64,000 nt of DNA from an uncultured Clostridia bacterium (GTDB lineage: Bacteria > Bacillota > Clostridia > Christensenellales > CAG-917). The position numbers and the translations under genes were made by a program. Numbering within the stretch: position 1 is the first letter of the stretch; the number at the start of each line of letters is the position of its first letter. Shown here in pieces: positions 17,956 to 27,771 of the stretch. The stretch lies in NCBI GenBank assembly GCA_934277645.1, contig CAKQUX010000001.1, positions 386,110 to 450,109 on the forward strand, given 5' to 3'. The notes below the pieces were generated by a model. The model was not told the DNA's origin. It saw nothing but the letters and a program-made list of their open reading frames with translations, and did no database searches.

Positions 17956-19470
17956 CTAATTAAAATACTTATAATCGAGTTTGCCCATATCGGTTATCGG
18001 CATCTCGTCTATTTGTTCGATTGTTTTCGGAACGTTCCAATGCGATAAATTTGCCTTTATCGTTCCTATAATCTTTTTAGACAAATCGTCGTCAATCAAA
18101 GCGTCGCCTTTCAATTCGACGATTAAATGCACGTAAGGCTTTTTGCCATGATATCTGCAAATAGCGCAACTGTTTTCGACTTCTTCAACCGAATTTACAA
18201 CTCTTTCGATTTCTGTCGGGAAAACGTTTATGCCCGAAATTTTTATAAGTCTTTTCTCTCTGCCCTTAAAAAACAAATAACCGTCTTCGTCCATAGAAGC
18301 AAGGTCGCCGCTACGCAAATATCTTTTGCCATCCGTTTCAAAAAACACGTCGCTGTCACCGAGATAGCCGCGCATAAGCTGTTCTCCCGAAAAGCACATT
18401 TCGCCTATTTCGTCAACGCCTACTTCGTTTCCGTCTTTCATCAGTTTCATATCGACTCCTATAAGCGGCTTGCCGATAGACCCGAACTTGTCGCCCGACA
18501 AATTCAAAGTGCAAACGCTTCCCATTTCGGTCAATCCGTAGCCCTGAATAATCTTTGCCTTGCTACCTGCTTTTTCCAAAAGTGCGTGCGCTTCCTTTGT
18601 GAGTTCTTCGCCGAGCGAATCGCCGCCGACGTAAATATGTTTTACGCTTTTTAAACACTCGCCGAAATTCTTTTGCCTGACCATTTTTGCGAGCATATTA
18701 GGTATGACGTTCATGCAAGTAACGTTGTTCTTTTTTATGATTTTCAGCGACTTTGCCGCATTGAAAGACGGAACAAGACAAAGCGTCATTCTCGTACACA
18801 TGCTTGAATGTATGGTTGCTGCAAGTCCGAAGCCGTGAAACACGGGAAGCACCGCAAACATAGAGCATCTTTCGTCATAAGGGTCGCCGAGCGTTTTAAG
18901 CATATCATAAACAAGCGCGTTTATGTTTTTGTTTGTCAATATACTCGTTTTAGGCGCGCCCGTCGTTCCGCTCGAATGCATAAAAATCGCAACGTCGTTT
19001 CCGTCGCTGTGATAAGGAGTAAATTTTGCGGTTTTTTTAAGCCCGTAAAACTTTCCGCCGAAAATCGAGCATATAACCGCCTTCACGTTGCCGAGCAATT
19101 TTTTATACTTAAAATAATTCACTTCGCACAGCAAGCAAATTTTCGGATTTGTAAGATTAAGTTGCGATTTGAAAATTTCGGGATTGCTTTTAGGATAAAT
19201 AACGCTGACCGTTGCGCCTATTCTGTTGGCGGCATAAAGAGCCACAAGAGCTTGCGGAATGTTCGGCAAGCACATTGCGATATTGTCCCCTGCCTTAATT
19301 CCCATGCGGACAAATGAGCCTGCGACGTTGTCAACGTCCTTCAAAAATAAAAACAGCTCACGCTTTTTCCGTCCGTAAGCGTAAGCATTACCGTAAAAAG
19401 TAGAACGATAAATTCGCATATAGTCGAACATCGTTCTGCCAGTATTTTCAAACTCACCCAAATAACTCAT
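17956..19470 (-). CDS. AMP-dependent synthetase/ligase (acyl-CoA synthetase-like adenylating enzyme)
   Basis: It has the AMP-binding motif HSSGTTGAPK, plus GYGLTE and the C-terminal GDL..DEDGYLFF.GR.K. Confidence 0.85.
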   Translation of the reverse strand: MSYLGEFENTGRTMFDYMRIYRSTFYGNAYAYGRKKRELFLFLKDVDNVAGSFVRMGIKAGDNIAMCLPNIPQALVALYAANRIGATVSVIYPKSNPEIFKSQLNLTNPKICLLCEVNYFKYKKLLGNVKAVICSIFGGKFYGLKKTAKFTPYHSDGNDVAIFMHSSGTTGAPKTSILTNKNINALVYDMLKTLGDPYDERCSMFAVLPVFHGFGLAATIHSSMCTRMTLCLVPSFNAAKSLKIIKKNNVTCMNVIPNMLAKMVRQKNFGECLKSVKHIYVGGDSLGEELTKEAHALLEKAGSKAKIIQGYGLTEMGSVCTLNLSGDKFGSIGKPLIGVDMKLMKDGNEVGVDEIGEMCFSGEQLMRGYLGDSDVFFETDGKRYLRSGDLASMDEDGYLFFKGREKRLIKISGINVFPTEIERVVNSVEEVENSCAICRYHGKKPYVHLIVELKGDALIDDDLSKKIIGTIKANLSHWNVPKTIEQIDEMPITDMGKLDYKYFN

Positions 19471-19727
19471 TTTCCACCCTTACGTTTAGTATAAAAAAAT
19501 AAAAACGATAAGTCAATAACATACGACGATTATTACGATAATTAAACAAACAATTTGTCAAAATTATTGCATCGAATTTTTATATTTTATAAAAATTTTT
19601 TACGACTTTTTTTACGTACTTTAAGATAGTCGCAACTTAGTCGTATGATTGGCAGACTACTCGCAGTCAATCGAACATAGTCCTGTTATTTTACATAACT
19701 AAATGCGCTACATTATGTCGGGCAAAC

Positions 19728-19749
19728 AAAAAACGCCGCAACAGCGACG
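19728..19749 (-). terminator. Weak candidate terminator downstream of the OCD-family gene
   Basis: On the minus strand cgtcgc-tgtt-gcggcg (one G-U pair) is followed by TTTTTT. Confidence 0.35.
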
Positions 19750-19944
19750 CTTCGTTTGTTTTTATCGGCAATGGTTGCCGAACTTTTAGTTTCGCTCAAT
19801 AATTATTTTGTTTTTCTTAGAGTAAAACTTTCCATTTCGCTTAGCAATAAACTTTTTGTTCGACGCTAAAACTTTTAATCTTGTTTAAAAAAGTTTTAAT
19901 CTTTCTGAAAAAAGGTTTTGTTGTTTTTAGCTTATCTCCTACGA

Positions 19945-20841
19945 TTACTTTTTCTCATTTAAAAGTTCGGTTATGCGTTTTGAATAATACAAATCGTGAA
20001 TTGCGAGTCCGATATTATAAACCAAAATTCTTTCGTCATCGCTTTCTCTGCCCTTTTTCTCGCCCGATAAAACGTCGGCTATTTCCGCAAACGACTTGTA
20101 CTTGTCGAAATATTTAAACTCGTGCAAATGCCCCGTGTCATCACCGAACACTTTGTCGAACGTCAAATCGCATCCCATAAATCCGCGAGTGTGAATCGGT
20201 ATAATCGTACAACCTTTCTTGTACGTTTTCTCGTCGCAAAAATCGCCGTCCATATAAGACACCGCAGAGAAAATCAAATCGCTACCAGAGAAAGTATCGA
20301 CATAATTGTCACATAAGACGAATTCGACGTTTTTGATGTCATTGTATCTTTCTACAAATCTTTCGCCCTCGCCCATAAAATTGTAAAGTTTTACGACCAA
20401 TTTTCTGTCCGAAAAAATATCGAAGAAAATGTCTGCTGTATGACGCATTATGTTTCCGAGTCCGATCATCGAAACGGTAGAAAAATCTTTTCTTGCAATA
20501 AGCATTGCCGAATGAACAGCAACCGCGCCCGTACGCATTGCGGTAATTTCGTTTCCGTCCAAAATAGCGTCCATAAGTCCCGTAGAATATTTGTACAACA
20601 AAATCTTTGCGTCGAGAGCAGGAACTCTGTCGACATAGCGGTTGACAAGTTTCACGCCTGCGACGTCAAGCGGCTCCATAATCGCCGGCATAGTGTTGTA
20701 AAAAACTCCGTTTTCTTTTTTAATGCTGATTTTAGGCGGCAAGTCATATTCTTTTTTATGTCTTAAACAAATGTCTACCCATTCGACTTTTTGTTTAGAT
20801 GAAATGTTTAACGCCTTTATTTGTTCGTCTGTGATAATCAT
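19945..20841 (-). CDS. Ornithine cyclodeaminase / mu-crystallin family NAD(P)-dependent enzyme
   Basis: It has the EITAMRTGAV motif and the Rossmann segment VSMIGLGNIM. Its start overlaps the upstream stop (ATGA). Confidence 0.7.
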   Translation of the reverse strand: MIITDEQIKALNISSKQKVEWVDICLRHKKEYDLPPKISIKKENGVFYNTMPAIMEPLDVAGVKLVNRYVDRVPALDAKILLYKYSTGLMDAILDGNEITAMRTGAVAVHSAMLIARKDFSTVSMIGLGNIMRHTADIFFDIFSDRKLVVKLYNFMGEGERFVERYNDIKNVEFVLCDNYVDTFSGSDLIFSAVSYMDGDFCDEKTYKKGCTIIPIHTRGFMGCDLTFDKVFGDDTGHLHEFKYFDKYKSFAEIADVLSGEKKGRESDDERILVYNIGLAIHDLYYSKRITELLNEKK

Positions 20842-22649
20842 ACAAGTTCCTTTTTCAACGCGTCTATCAAAACGTTGTTGTCGTGCGTATCTCTTACTGC
20901 GATTCTGACGAAGTTCTTACCTTCAAAATAGTTTTTAGACGAAAGGTCCTTCATAAGAATGTTATATTTATCGAGCATCTTTACACACAAATCGTAAGAA
21001 GAGGTTTTTCCGAGGTCTGCCATAATGTAATTAGCTTCCGAAGGATATACCTTTATCGATTTAATCTTTTTAAGTTCTCCAATCATTCTTGTACGCTCGT
21101 CGGCGATTTTGTCGCAAGCCGAAGAATAATCTTTTGCATAAAGGTTGTAAATTTGCAAGTAATATTCCGCAAAGCTGTTTATATTCCAGACTTGCATAAG
21201 GCTTCGCAAGTTCTTCAACAATTCTTTGTCATAGCTTGCCAAAATGCCGAGTCTGAGTCCCGGAACGCCGTAAGACTTGCTTATGCTCTTAACGACAACC
21301 AAATTGTCGTATTCTTTCAAAATCGCATTGTCCAAAAGCGTAAATCTTCTGTCGCTGACTGCAAAATCGACAAACGACTCGTCAACGACAATTCGGCAGT
21401 TGTTTGCCTTTGCCACTTTAACAAGTTCGATAAGGTCGCCTTTGTCAATCAAATATCCGCTTGGATTGTCAGGGTTTACGAGCATCAACGTATCGACCGA
21501 TTTTGTCATCTCGGCAAGATAGCTTACGTTGTGCGCATAATCCCACGCCGAGTTGTCGATTTTGACAAGTTCCGCGTGTCTGAAACATCTGACGTATTCG
21601 TTAAACGTCGGAAGTGCAACCGCTACTTTGCCCGTAAGATATTCGCCCAATACGTTTATAAGTTCGGCAGCGCCGTTTCCTACAAGCATACTGTCCATAT
21701 CGACGCCAAAAACTCTTTCGGCGTTCATGTTTTGCATATTGAGTCCCGACGGATAATCGCAAAGTAAAACAGGAAATTCTCTTTGCAATTTTTCCACCAT
21801 TCTCTTAGGCGGGAAATACGGATTTACCAAATAGCAGAAATCGAGCATTCTTTCATAACGCCAGTAGCCGCCGAATTTCGACATTACAAGATTGTACTTG
21901 TCCTTGCCTTTGCTGAACATAACGCTTGAAATGTCATAATCTTGCGCGTCGTCGATTTCATACCACGGCATATCGCCGATATCGTATCCGTAAATGCGGC
22001 TTTCGGACAAAGGTGAAATGACTTTCAAAACGGTTTCGTAATAGCTGTTAAGTCCGTACGCTTTCATATAGGCTTCAAGGAAAGGAATATAAATCTTTTT
22101 GTTGAATTCCTTGCTGAGCTTATAAATGTTTACCGTTTTATAATACTGTTCGCCGCTTGCAAAATCCATATCGATTTTATCGACAAACTGAACGATATCG
22201 TTTTTCTCGTCAAGAGTGACGCAAGTTCCGTCCATCCAGCTTGCATATTTAGCGACTGCGGCAATAGTCGGATGCGGATCGTCCACAAGTTGCTTTACGA
22301 TTGAAGTATCGTAAATAAGGTCGGATTCCATAAGAATGATATCGTCCTCGACAAGATAATCTTTTGCCATATAGAACGAGTAGATATTATTGCTTATCGC
22401 ATAATCTTTATTGTCGATAAATTTAAACTTAACGTTTGAATTTTTATAATTGCTCTCGATATACTTGATAAGATTGTCACCGCAATAACCCACGACGATA
22501 ATCATCTCTTTTATGCCTGCCATTTCAACGGCTTCTATAGCGCGGTCGATAAGTTTTTTACCTGCTATTTCAACCATACATTTTGTATTGTTGTTAGTAA
22601 ACTTGCCTAAGCGCTTGCCCATTCCGGCAGCCAACATAAGTGCTTTCAC
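20838..22649 (-). CDS. Bifunctional LicC-like nucleotidyltransferase (N-term) / HisC-CobD-like class I/II PLP enzyme (C-term)
   Basis: The N-terminal half has MKALMLAAGMGKRLG..SNNIYSF. The C-terminal half has NPDNPSG, VVDESFVDF and SISKSYGVPGLRLG (the PLP lysine motif). Confidence 0.8.
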   Translation of the reverse strand: MKALMLAAGMGKRLGKFTNNNTKCMVEIAGKKLIDRAIEAVEMAGIKEMIIVVGYCGDNLIKYIESNYKNSNVKFKFIDNKDYAISNNIYSFYMAKDYLVEDDIILMESDLIYDTSIVKQLVDDPHPTIAAVAKYASWMDGTCVTLDEKNDIVQFVDKIDMDFASGEQYYKTVNIYKLSKEFNKKIYIPFLEAYMKAYGLNSYYETVLKVISPLSESRIYGYDIGDMPWYEIDDAQDYDISSVMFSKGKDKYNLVMSKFGGYWRYERMLDFCYLVNPYFPPKRMVEKLQREFPVLLCDYPSGLNMQNMNAERVFGVDMDSMLVGNGAAELINVLGEYLTGKVAVALPTFNEYVRCFRHAELVKIDNSAWDYAHNVSYLAEMTKSVDTLMLVNPDNPSGYLIDKGDLIELVKVAKANNCRIVVDESFVDFAVSDRRFTLLDNAILKEYDNLVVVKSISKSYGVPGLRLGILASYDKELLKNLRSLMQVWNINSFAEYYLQIYNLYAKDYSSACDKIADERTRMIGELKKIKSIKVYPSEANYIMADLGKTSSYDLCVKMLDKYNILMKDLSSKNYFEGKNFVRIAVRDTHDNNVLIDALKKELV

Positions 22650-22814
22650 TATTTATCCTCCGATAGTAACTTAATACTTTTTAATTATATCACCACACCT
22701 GATTTTACGCAATAATTTTTTATCGTATACGCAACGACTTTAAAACGCTCAAATGTCATAGGGCAACCGTTGCATTTCAAATCCTATCGATAAATCTCAA
22801 TGCATTCACGTCGC

Positions 22815-22945
22815 GTTTTTAACTCGCCAAGTTTAAATTGCCGCATTTTAAAATCGCCGCTGTTTTAGTCGTCTCTTTTCAAATTGTCGCATATTTAACG
22901 CCGCGGCTTTTAGTCACTACTGCTTTTAGTCAACATGTTTTCAAC
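22815..22945. repeat. Degenerate ~13-17-nt periodic T-tract/GC-clamp motif, about 9 copies
   Basis: The copies read tttttaactcgcc, gtttaaattgccgc, attttaaaatcgccgc, tgttttagtcgtc, tcttttcaaattgtcgc, atatttaacgccgc, ggcttttagtcac, tgcttttagtcaac and atgttttcaac. Confidence 0.4.
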
Positions 22946-22967
22946 AGATTCAGCGCTAAAAAGCGTA

Positions 22968-22998
22968 TAAAAAAAGCTACGCAATGCGTAGCTTTTTT
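22968..22998 (-). terminator. Rho-independent terminator of gap (palindromic, usable in both directions)
   Basis: The hairpin agctacg-caatg-cgtagct is flanked by an A-run and a T-run, 17 nt after the gap stop. Confidence 0.7.
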
Positions 22999-23014
22999 AT
23001 GCTTTGCTTTAAGA

Positions 23015-24028
23015 TTAAAGTTCTGCGAAGTATTTGATGGTTCTGACCATTTGCGAAGTATAGCTGTTTTCGTTGTCGTACCAAGAAACAACTTGTACTT
23101 GCGTGTTGCCGTCTTCCATAGGAGCAACCATGGTTTGAGTTGCATCGAAGATCGAGCCGAATCTTGAACCGATGATGTCCGAAGAAACGATTTGGTCTTC
23201 ATTGTAACCGAACGATTCGGTTGCTGCTGCCTTCATAGCTGCGTTGATTCCTTCAACGGTTGCTTGTCCTTTAACAACTGCGACAAGGATAGTTGTCGAA
23301 CCGGTTGGGGTAGGAACACGTTGTGCAGAACCGATAAGTTTGCCGTTAAGTTCAGGGATAACAAGACCGATAGCTTTTGCAGCGCCGGTGCTGTTAGGAA
23401 CGATGTTCACAGCAGCTGCTCTCGAACGACGAAGGTCGCCCTTTCTTTGTGGTCCGTCAAGAGGCATTTGGTCACCGGTGTAAGCGTGAACGGTGGTCAT
23501 GATACCCGACATAATAGGCATATAGTCGTTAAGAGCCTTAGCCATAGGAGCCAAGCAGTTCGTGGTGCAAGATGCAGCAGAAATGATGTTGTCTTCCTTT
23601 GTCAAGGTCTTGTGGTTTACGTTGTAAACGATGGTTGGAAGGTCTTTGCCTGCAGGAGCAGAAATAACAACCTTACGAGCACCTGCGTTGATGTGAGCTT
23701 GTGCCTTTTCTTTTGAGGTGTAGAAACCTGTGCATTCCAAAACTACGTCTACGCCGATTTTACCCCAAGGGCAGTTTGCAGCGTCTTTTTCTGCGTAGAT
23801 TTTGATTTCTTTTCCGTCAACAATGATTGAGTCCTCGGTTGCTTTAACTTCGTGACTGTTTGCATAGTTGCCTTGAGTTGAGTCATACTTCAAAAGATGA
23901 GCCAACATGCTTGGGCTTGTCAAGTCGTTGATTGCGACTACTTCATAGCCGGCTGCACCGAACATTTGTCTGAATGCAAGACGGCCGATTCTTCCGAAAC
24001 CGTTGATAGCTACTTTAACGTTTGCCAT
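23015..24028 (-). CDS. gap: Glyceraldehyde-3-phosphate dehydrogenase, type I
   Basis: It has [13 protein letters not shown], the active site SCTTNCLAP and WYDNE. Confidence 0.95.
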   Translation of the reverse strand: MANVKVAINGFGRIGRLAFRQMFGAAGYEVVAINDLTSPSMLAHLLKYDSTQGNYANSHEVKATEDSIIVDGKEIKIYAEKDAANCPWGKIGVDVVLECTGFYTSKEKAQAHINAGARKVVISAPAGKDLPTIVYNVNHKTLTKEDNIISAASCTTNCLAPMAKALNDYMPIMSGIMTTVHAYTGDQMPLDGPQRKGDLRRSRAAAVNIVPNSTGAAKAIGLVIPELNGKLIGSAQRVPTPTGSTTILVAVVKGQATVEGINAAMKAAATESFGYNEDQIVSSDIIGSRFGSIFDATQTMVAPMEDGNTQVQVVSWYDNENSYTSQMVRTIKYFAEL

Positions 24029-24068
24029 TTATTTTTTTCCTCCAAAAAAATGTTTTCCTTTTTTTACT

Positions 24069-24097
24069 ATTCTATAATTTTTTATCGATTAAGACAA
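24069..24097 (-). promoter_or_regulatory. Candidate sigma-A promoter of gap
   Basis: On the minus strand, TTGTCT (24097..24092) is followed by a 17-nt spacer and TAGAAT (24074..24069). Confidence 0.4.
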
Positions 24098-24144
24098 GCA
24101 TTTTAACAAAGTTTTTAATATTTACAAGTTTTTTTATACTTACG

Positions 24145-24210
24145 TTTTACTTATGCGCTGTATACGCTTTACTTGCGCTTTATTTATGCTTTACTTGCGT
24201 TTTACTTATT
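24145..24210. repeat. Six tandem 11-bp units (phased T/A-tracts) upstream of the gap promoter
   Basis: The units are ttttacttatg, cgctgtatacg, ctttacttgcg, ctttatttatg, ctttacttgcg and ttttacttatt. The exact 11-bp register was read off the sequence. Confidence 0.6.
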
Positions 24211-24324
24211 AGCCTTAAATAGCTTTTTAAATTCTGCCCTAAGCCGTCCGCCTATAAAGCGAACAGCTCCCCTATCTCCGTTTACTTGCCTAACCTGCCG
24301 CTTATTCTGCGATAAATTTAAAAC

Positions 24325-25443
24325 CTATTTAAGGTAATCGGGGTTAAGTCCTTTAAGTTCAGGAATAACGAAAAGCCCGTTTTTGCGAATAAGTTTGTCG
24401 TCAAAATAAATTTCGCCGCCGCCGTATTCTTCCGTGTGAATCTGAACCAAATCCCAGTGAATTGCGCTGACGTTGCCGTTCCAAGCGTCTTCGTAGCAAG
24501 CGCCCGGAGTGAAGTGAATCGAGCCTGCGATTTTTTCATCGAACAATATGTCGCCCATCGCCTTATTGATATAAGGGTTTACGCCGAGAGCAAATTCGCC
24601 AACGTACCTTGCGCCTTCGTCCGTGTCGAAAACCTCGTTGATTTTTTCACGGTGGTTTGCGTCCGCTTTGACAATTTTTCCGTCCTTAAATTCAAGTCTG
24701 ACGTTTTCGAACATCGTGCCGTTTTCGATTGAACCTACGTTGTAGCTGATAACGCCGTTTACGCTATCGCGAACGGGCGCAGTATAGACTTCGCCGTCGG
24801 GAATATTGCAAAGTCCTGCGCATTTAATTGCAGGGATATCTTTTATCGAGAAAGTAAGGTCTGTATCTTTTGCGACTATTCTGACCTTGTCCGTCTTGTT
24901 CATAAGTTCGACAAGCGGGTCCATCGCCTTTGACATTTTTGCATAATCGAGATTGCAAACGTCAAAATAGAAATCTTCAAACTTTTCGGTACTCATCTTA
25001 GAGAGTTGGCTCATTCCTTCGGTCGGGTAGCGAAGAATAACCCACTTCGTTTTTTTGACTCTTATGTTGTGATGAACGTTTTGCGCGTAAATCGAACTGT
25101 AATCCTGCATTTGGCTTGCCGATATATCGCTGAGTTCGAAGCTGTTCTGACCGCCGCGAATACCGATATATGCGTCCATTTGCGACATAAACTGTTCGTC
25201 GTGTTTCGTCAGAATTTCCCAATATTCTTTTGAAGACCCTTTCAAAATTTCTCGCTTTATACGATTGTCCGACATAAATACGAACGGATATCCGCCGACT
25301 GCATAAACTTCCCTGACGATATGAGCGACAAGTTGATAATCAACGCCGCTGAAATCGATCCAAACTTTCTCGCCCTTTTTTACTCGACAAGAATAGTTGA
25401 CAAGATTTTTTGCTAATTTTTCAAGTCTTACGTCTGTTAACAT
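24325..25443 (-). CDS. Aminopeptidase, M29 family (AmpS/PepS-like)
   Basis: The 372-aa length and the N-terminus LEKLAKNLVNYSCRVKKGEKVWI are typical of thermophilic metalloprotease M29. A GGAGG ribosome-binding site is present. Confidence 0.8.
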   Translation of the reverse strand: MLTDVRLEKLAKNLVNYSCRVKKGEKVWIDFSGVDYQLVAHIVREVYAVGGYPFVFMSDNRIKREILKGSSKEYWEILTKHDEQFMSQMDAYIGIRGGQNSFELSDISASQMQDYSSIYAQNVHHNIRVKKTKWVILRYPTEGMSQLSKMSTEKFEDFYFDVCNLDYAKMSKAMDPLVELMNKTDKVRIVAKDTDLTFSIKDIPAIKCAGLCNIPDGEVYTAPVRDSVNGVISYNVGSIENGTMFENVRLEFKDGKIVKADANHREKINEVFDTDEGARYVGEFALGVNPYINKAMGDILFDEKIAGSIHFTPGACYEDAWNGNVSAIHWDLVQIHTEEYGGGEIYFDDKLIRKNGLFVIPELKGLNPDYLK

Positions 25444-25789
25444 AACGCCTCCTAATTTCGCTTATATTGTATATCAATCCGTGGCAAAATTCAACGCTTT
25501 TACAAGATTTAAAATTTAACCGTCGCTAATTATTTTGCCGTCTAAAAAATCGGTTCTTCAAAAAATCGAAACTAAAACCGTCATTTTTTGCTTTTGAAAG
25601 CAGTTTGCATAAACCGCTAAAAAAGCACGCCGCTTGCGTATTCCGTTTGTCTTTATCTTTATAATTCGGCTTTAAATATAATCTTGACTTCTACAAAAAA
25701 TTTAATCATTTTGACGAAAACTTATTAAAACGTTTGTTTTATTTCATATTCTGCGGTAAAATAAAGAAAAAAAGTTATCGGAGGTTTTT

Positions 25790-26752
25790 ATGCCACTCGT
25801 TACATCAACGGAAATGTTCAAAAAAGCATACGAAGGCGGTTATGCAATCGGTGCTTTCAACGTAAACAATATGGAAATCGTCCAAGGTATCACGGAAGCC
25901 TGTAAAGAAGAAAAAGCTCCTGTCATTTTGCAAGTCAGCAAGGGCGCAAGAGCTTATGCAAACCACACCTACCTTGTAAAACTTGTCGAAGCGGCAGTTA
26001 TCGAATGTCCTGAAATCCCTGTCGTTTTGCACCTTGACCACGGCCCTGACTTCGAAACATGCAAATCGTGCATCGACGGCGGCTTTACGTCTGTTATGAT
26101 CGACGGTTCGGCTCACTCGTTCGAAGACAACATCAAACTTACAAAGCAAGTCGTTGAATACGCTCACGACCACGGCGTAGTAGTCGAAGGCGAACTCGGA
26201 ACTCTTGCAGGCATCGAAGACGAAGTCAGCCACGCTGTCGGTTCGTATACTCGCCCTGAAGAAGTCGAAGAATTCGTCACCAAGACAGGCGTTGACTCTC
26301 TTGCAATCGCTATCGGAACCAGCCACGGCGCATACAAGTTCAAGCCTGAACAATGCACCTTGAACGAAAAAGGAATTCTTGTTCCTCCTGCTCTTCGTTT
26401 CGATATTTTGGAAGAAGTTTCAAAACGTCTTCCTAACTTCCCTATCGTTTTGCACGGCTCGTCGAGCGTTCCGCAAGAATATGTCAAAATGATAAACGAA
26501 AACGGCGGTCAAATGCCAAATGCTATCGGCGTTCCTGAAGAACAATTGAGAGAAGCTGCAAAACTTTCGGTTTGCAAAATCAATATCGACTCCGATTTGA
26601 GACTTGCTATGACCGGAACAATCAGAAAGTTCTTCAACGACAATCCGTCGAAGTTCGACCCTAGAGAATATCTTAAACCTGCAAGAGCAAACATCAAAGA
26701 ACTTGTACGTCACAAGCTCAGAGACGTTCTCGGCTGCGCAGGCAAGGCATAA
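25790..26752 (+). CDS. fba: Fructose-1,6-bisphosphate aldolase, class II
   Basis: It has GYAIGAFNVNNME, LHLDHG, EGELG and IAIGTSHGAYKF. Confidence 0.95.
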   Translation: MPLVTSTEMFKKAYEGGYAIGAFNVNNMEIVQGITEACKEEKAPVILQVSKGARAYANHTYLVKLVEAAVIECPEIPVVLHLDHGPDFETCKSCIDGGFTSVMIDGSAHSFEDNIKLTKQVVEYAHDHGVVVEGELGTLAGIEDEVSHAVGSYTRPEEVEEFVTKTGVDSLAIAIGTSHGAYKFKPEQCTLNEKGILVPPALRFDILEEVSKRLPNFPIVLHGSSSVPQEYVKMINENGGQMPNAIGVPEEQLREAAKLSVCKINIDSDLRLAMTGTIRKFFNDNPSKFDPREYLKPARANIKELVRHKLRDVLGCAGKA

Positions 26753-26813
26753 TTTTAAATCTATCAAAACGAATTTTAAAGTTCGGTTATTTAGATTGTT
26801 AAAGACCAAAATT

Positions 26814-26843
26814 AAAAGGCTAACGAAAATTCGTTAGCCTTTT
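26814..26843. terminator. Rho-independent terminator (bidirectional)
   Basis: The hairpin ggctaacga-aaat-tcgttagcc has flanking A- and T-runs. It sits between convergent fba and the membrane-protein gene. Confidence 0.7.
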
Positions 26844-26943
26844 AGATTGCTTTTCAGATTACTTTGAATGATAAATTTATTTCCGCATTTTAGCGTCGGT
26901 TGTTAAACGTCCTATAAAGTGTTTATTTAATTACACTTAAAAA

Positions 26944-27771
26944 TCAGCAATTATCCGTGCTGTCCGACTTTGCGGCAAGTCCGATTTCGACGGCGTCTTC
27001 GGAAGGGTGGTTCTCCGAATTGTCATTTCCGACCGTTTCGTTTGTTTCGCTTTCAGCCATTTCAACGCTTTGCGCTCCTATGTTCTCTGCCGTTTCATCG
27101 CTTAAAACCTCGTCGGCGTTCTCAACGACCTGTACTTCGGCAACCTTTTTCTTTTTGTGTTTTACAACGGCAACCACAAATGAGACAACAAGACAAACTA
27201 CGACAAGCGCTAAGAATATCCACAAAACAATGTCCACGTATTTAATAGGAATAAACGCAGTGAGCAAAGTGAGTACGCTTGCGGCAAACAAGTTTCCGAT
27301 AAAAATAGCAAGCGCGGCTTTCCATATTTTTATGTCCATAAACGCGCCAACGCCGCTACCCGTCCAAGCCCCCGTAAAAGGAAGCGGAACGCCTACAAAA
27401 ACGGCAAGTCCCAAAAACTTCTTTGTGTCGGCAGACGCCTTTTTCGTCGCTTTACGCTTTTCAGCTTTATCGTTTACGCCCTGTGCCTTTGACGAGAACA
27501 ACTCTTCAAAAAAGTTCGCGATTTTTCCGAAAACTTTCGTCTTTTTGAGTTTGTTCAGGATAGGTCTTAAACACAAAAGCAACGGGATTATAACTACGCT
27601 CGAACCTGCAAGGCAAACGAACATTCCCGCAATTTTCGATATTCCCGTCATTCCGCCCATAAGTATGATTGCGCCTCTAAGTTCAATAATAGGAATTATT
27701 GAAACAAGAAACAACGTCAAATAATTGTTGTTTGTCCACGATTGGAAAAATTGTACGATGGCGTCAGTCAT
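26944..27771 (-). CDS. Small multidrug export-like membrane protein (COG2426 family) with acidic C-terminal tail
   Basis: It has the IIPIIELRGAIILMGG motif and multiple TM segments. The start is set at the ATG at 27771, preceded by GGAGG. The listed ORF adds 17 unsupported codons. Confidence 0.65.
   Translation of the reverse strand: MTDAIVQFFQSWTNNNYLTLFLVSIIPIIELRGAIILMGGMTGISKIAGMFVCLAGSSVVIIPLLLCLRPILNKLKKTKVFGKIANFFEELFSSKAQGVNDKAEKRKATKKASADTKKFLGLAVFVGVPLPFTGAWTGSGVGAFMDIKIWKAALAIFIGNLFAASVLTLLTAFIPIKYVDIVLWIFLALVVVCLVVSFVVAVVKHKKKKVAEVQVVENADEVLSDETAENIGAQSVEMAESETNETVGNDNSENHPSEDAVEIGLAAKSDSTDNC

Noticed and set aside
19471-19944. A possible riboswitch, T-box or small RNA gene in the 474-bp spacer upstream of the AMP-ligase gene.
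   Set aside because: I see only short hairpins (cggcaa-tgg-ttgccg and a weak terminator). I could identify no conserved riboswitch core or tRNA-like cloverleaf by eye, so I left it uncalled.
20883-21767. A 294-aa + ORF inside the nucleotidyltransferase/PLP fusion gene.
   Set aside because: It is a codon-aligned antisense shadow with Arg/Phe/Val/Cys-rich composition.
22838-23202. Two short ORFs (109 aa on +, 90 aa on -) between gap and the nucleotidyltransferase gene.
   Set aside because: They run across the gap terminator hairpin and the short-repeat array and overlap the gap 3' end. Neither has an RBS or recognisable sequence.
26957-27724. A 255-aa + ORF opposite the COG2426-like membrane protein.
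   Set aside because: It is an antisense shadow. The minus-strand product has the IELRGAI family motif and a GGAGG-preceded start.
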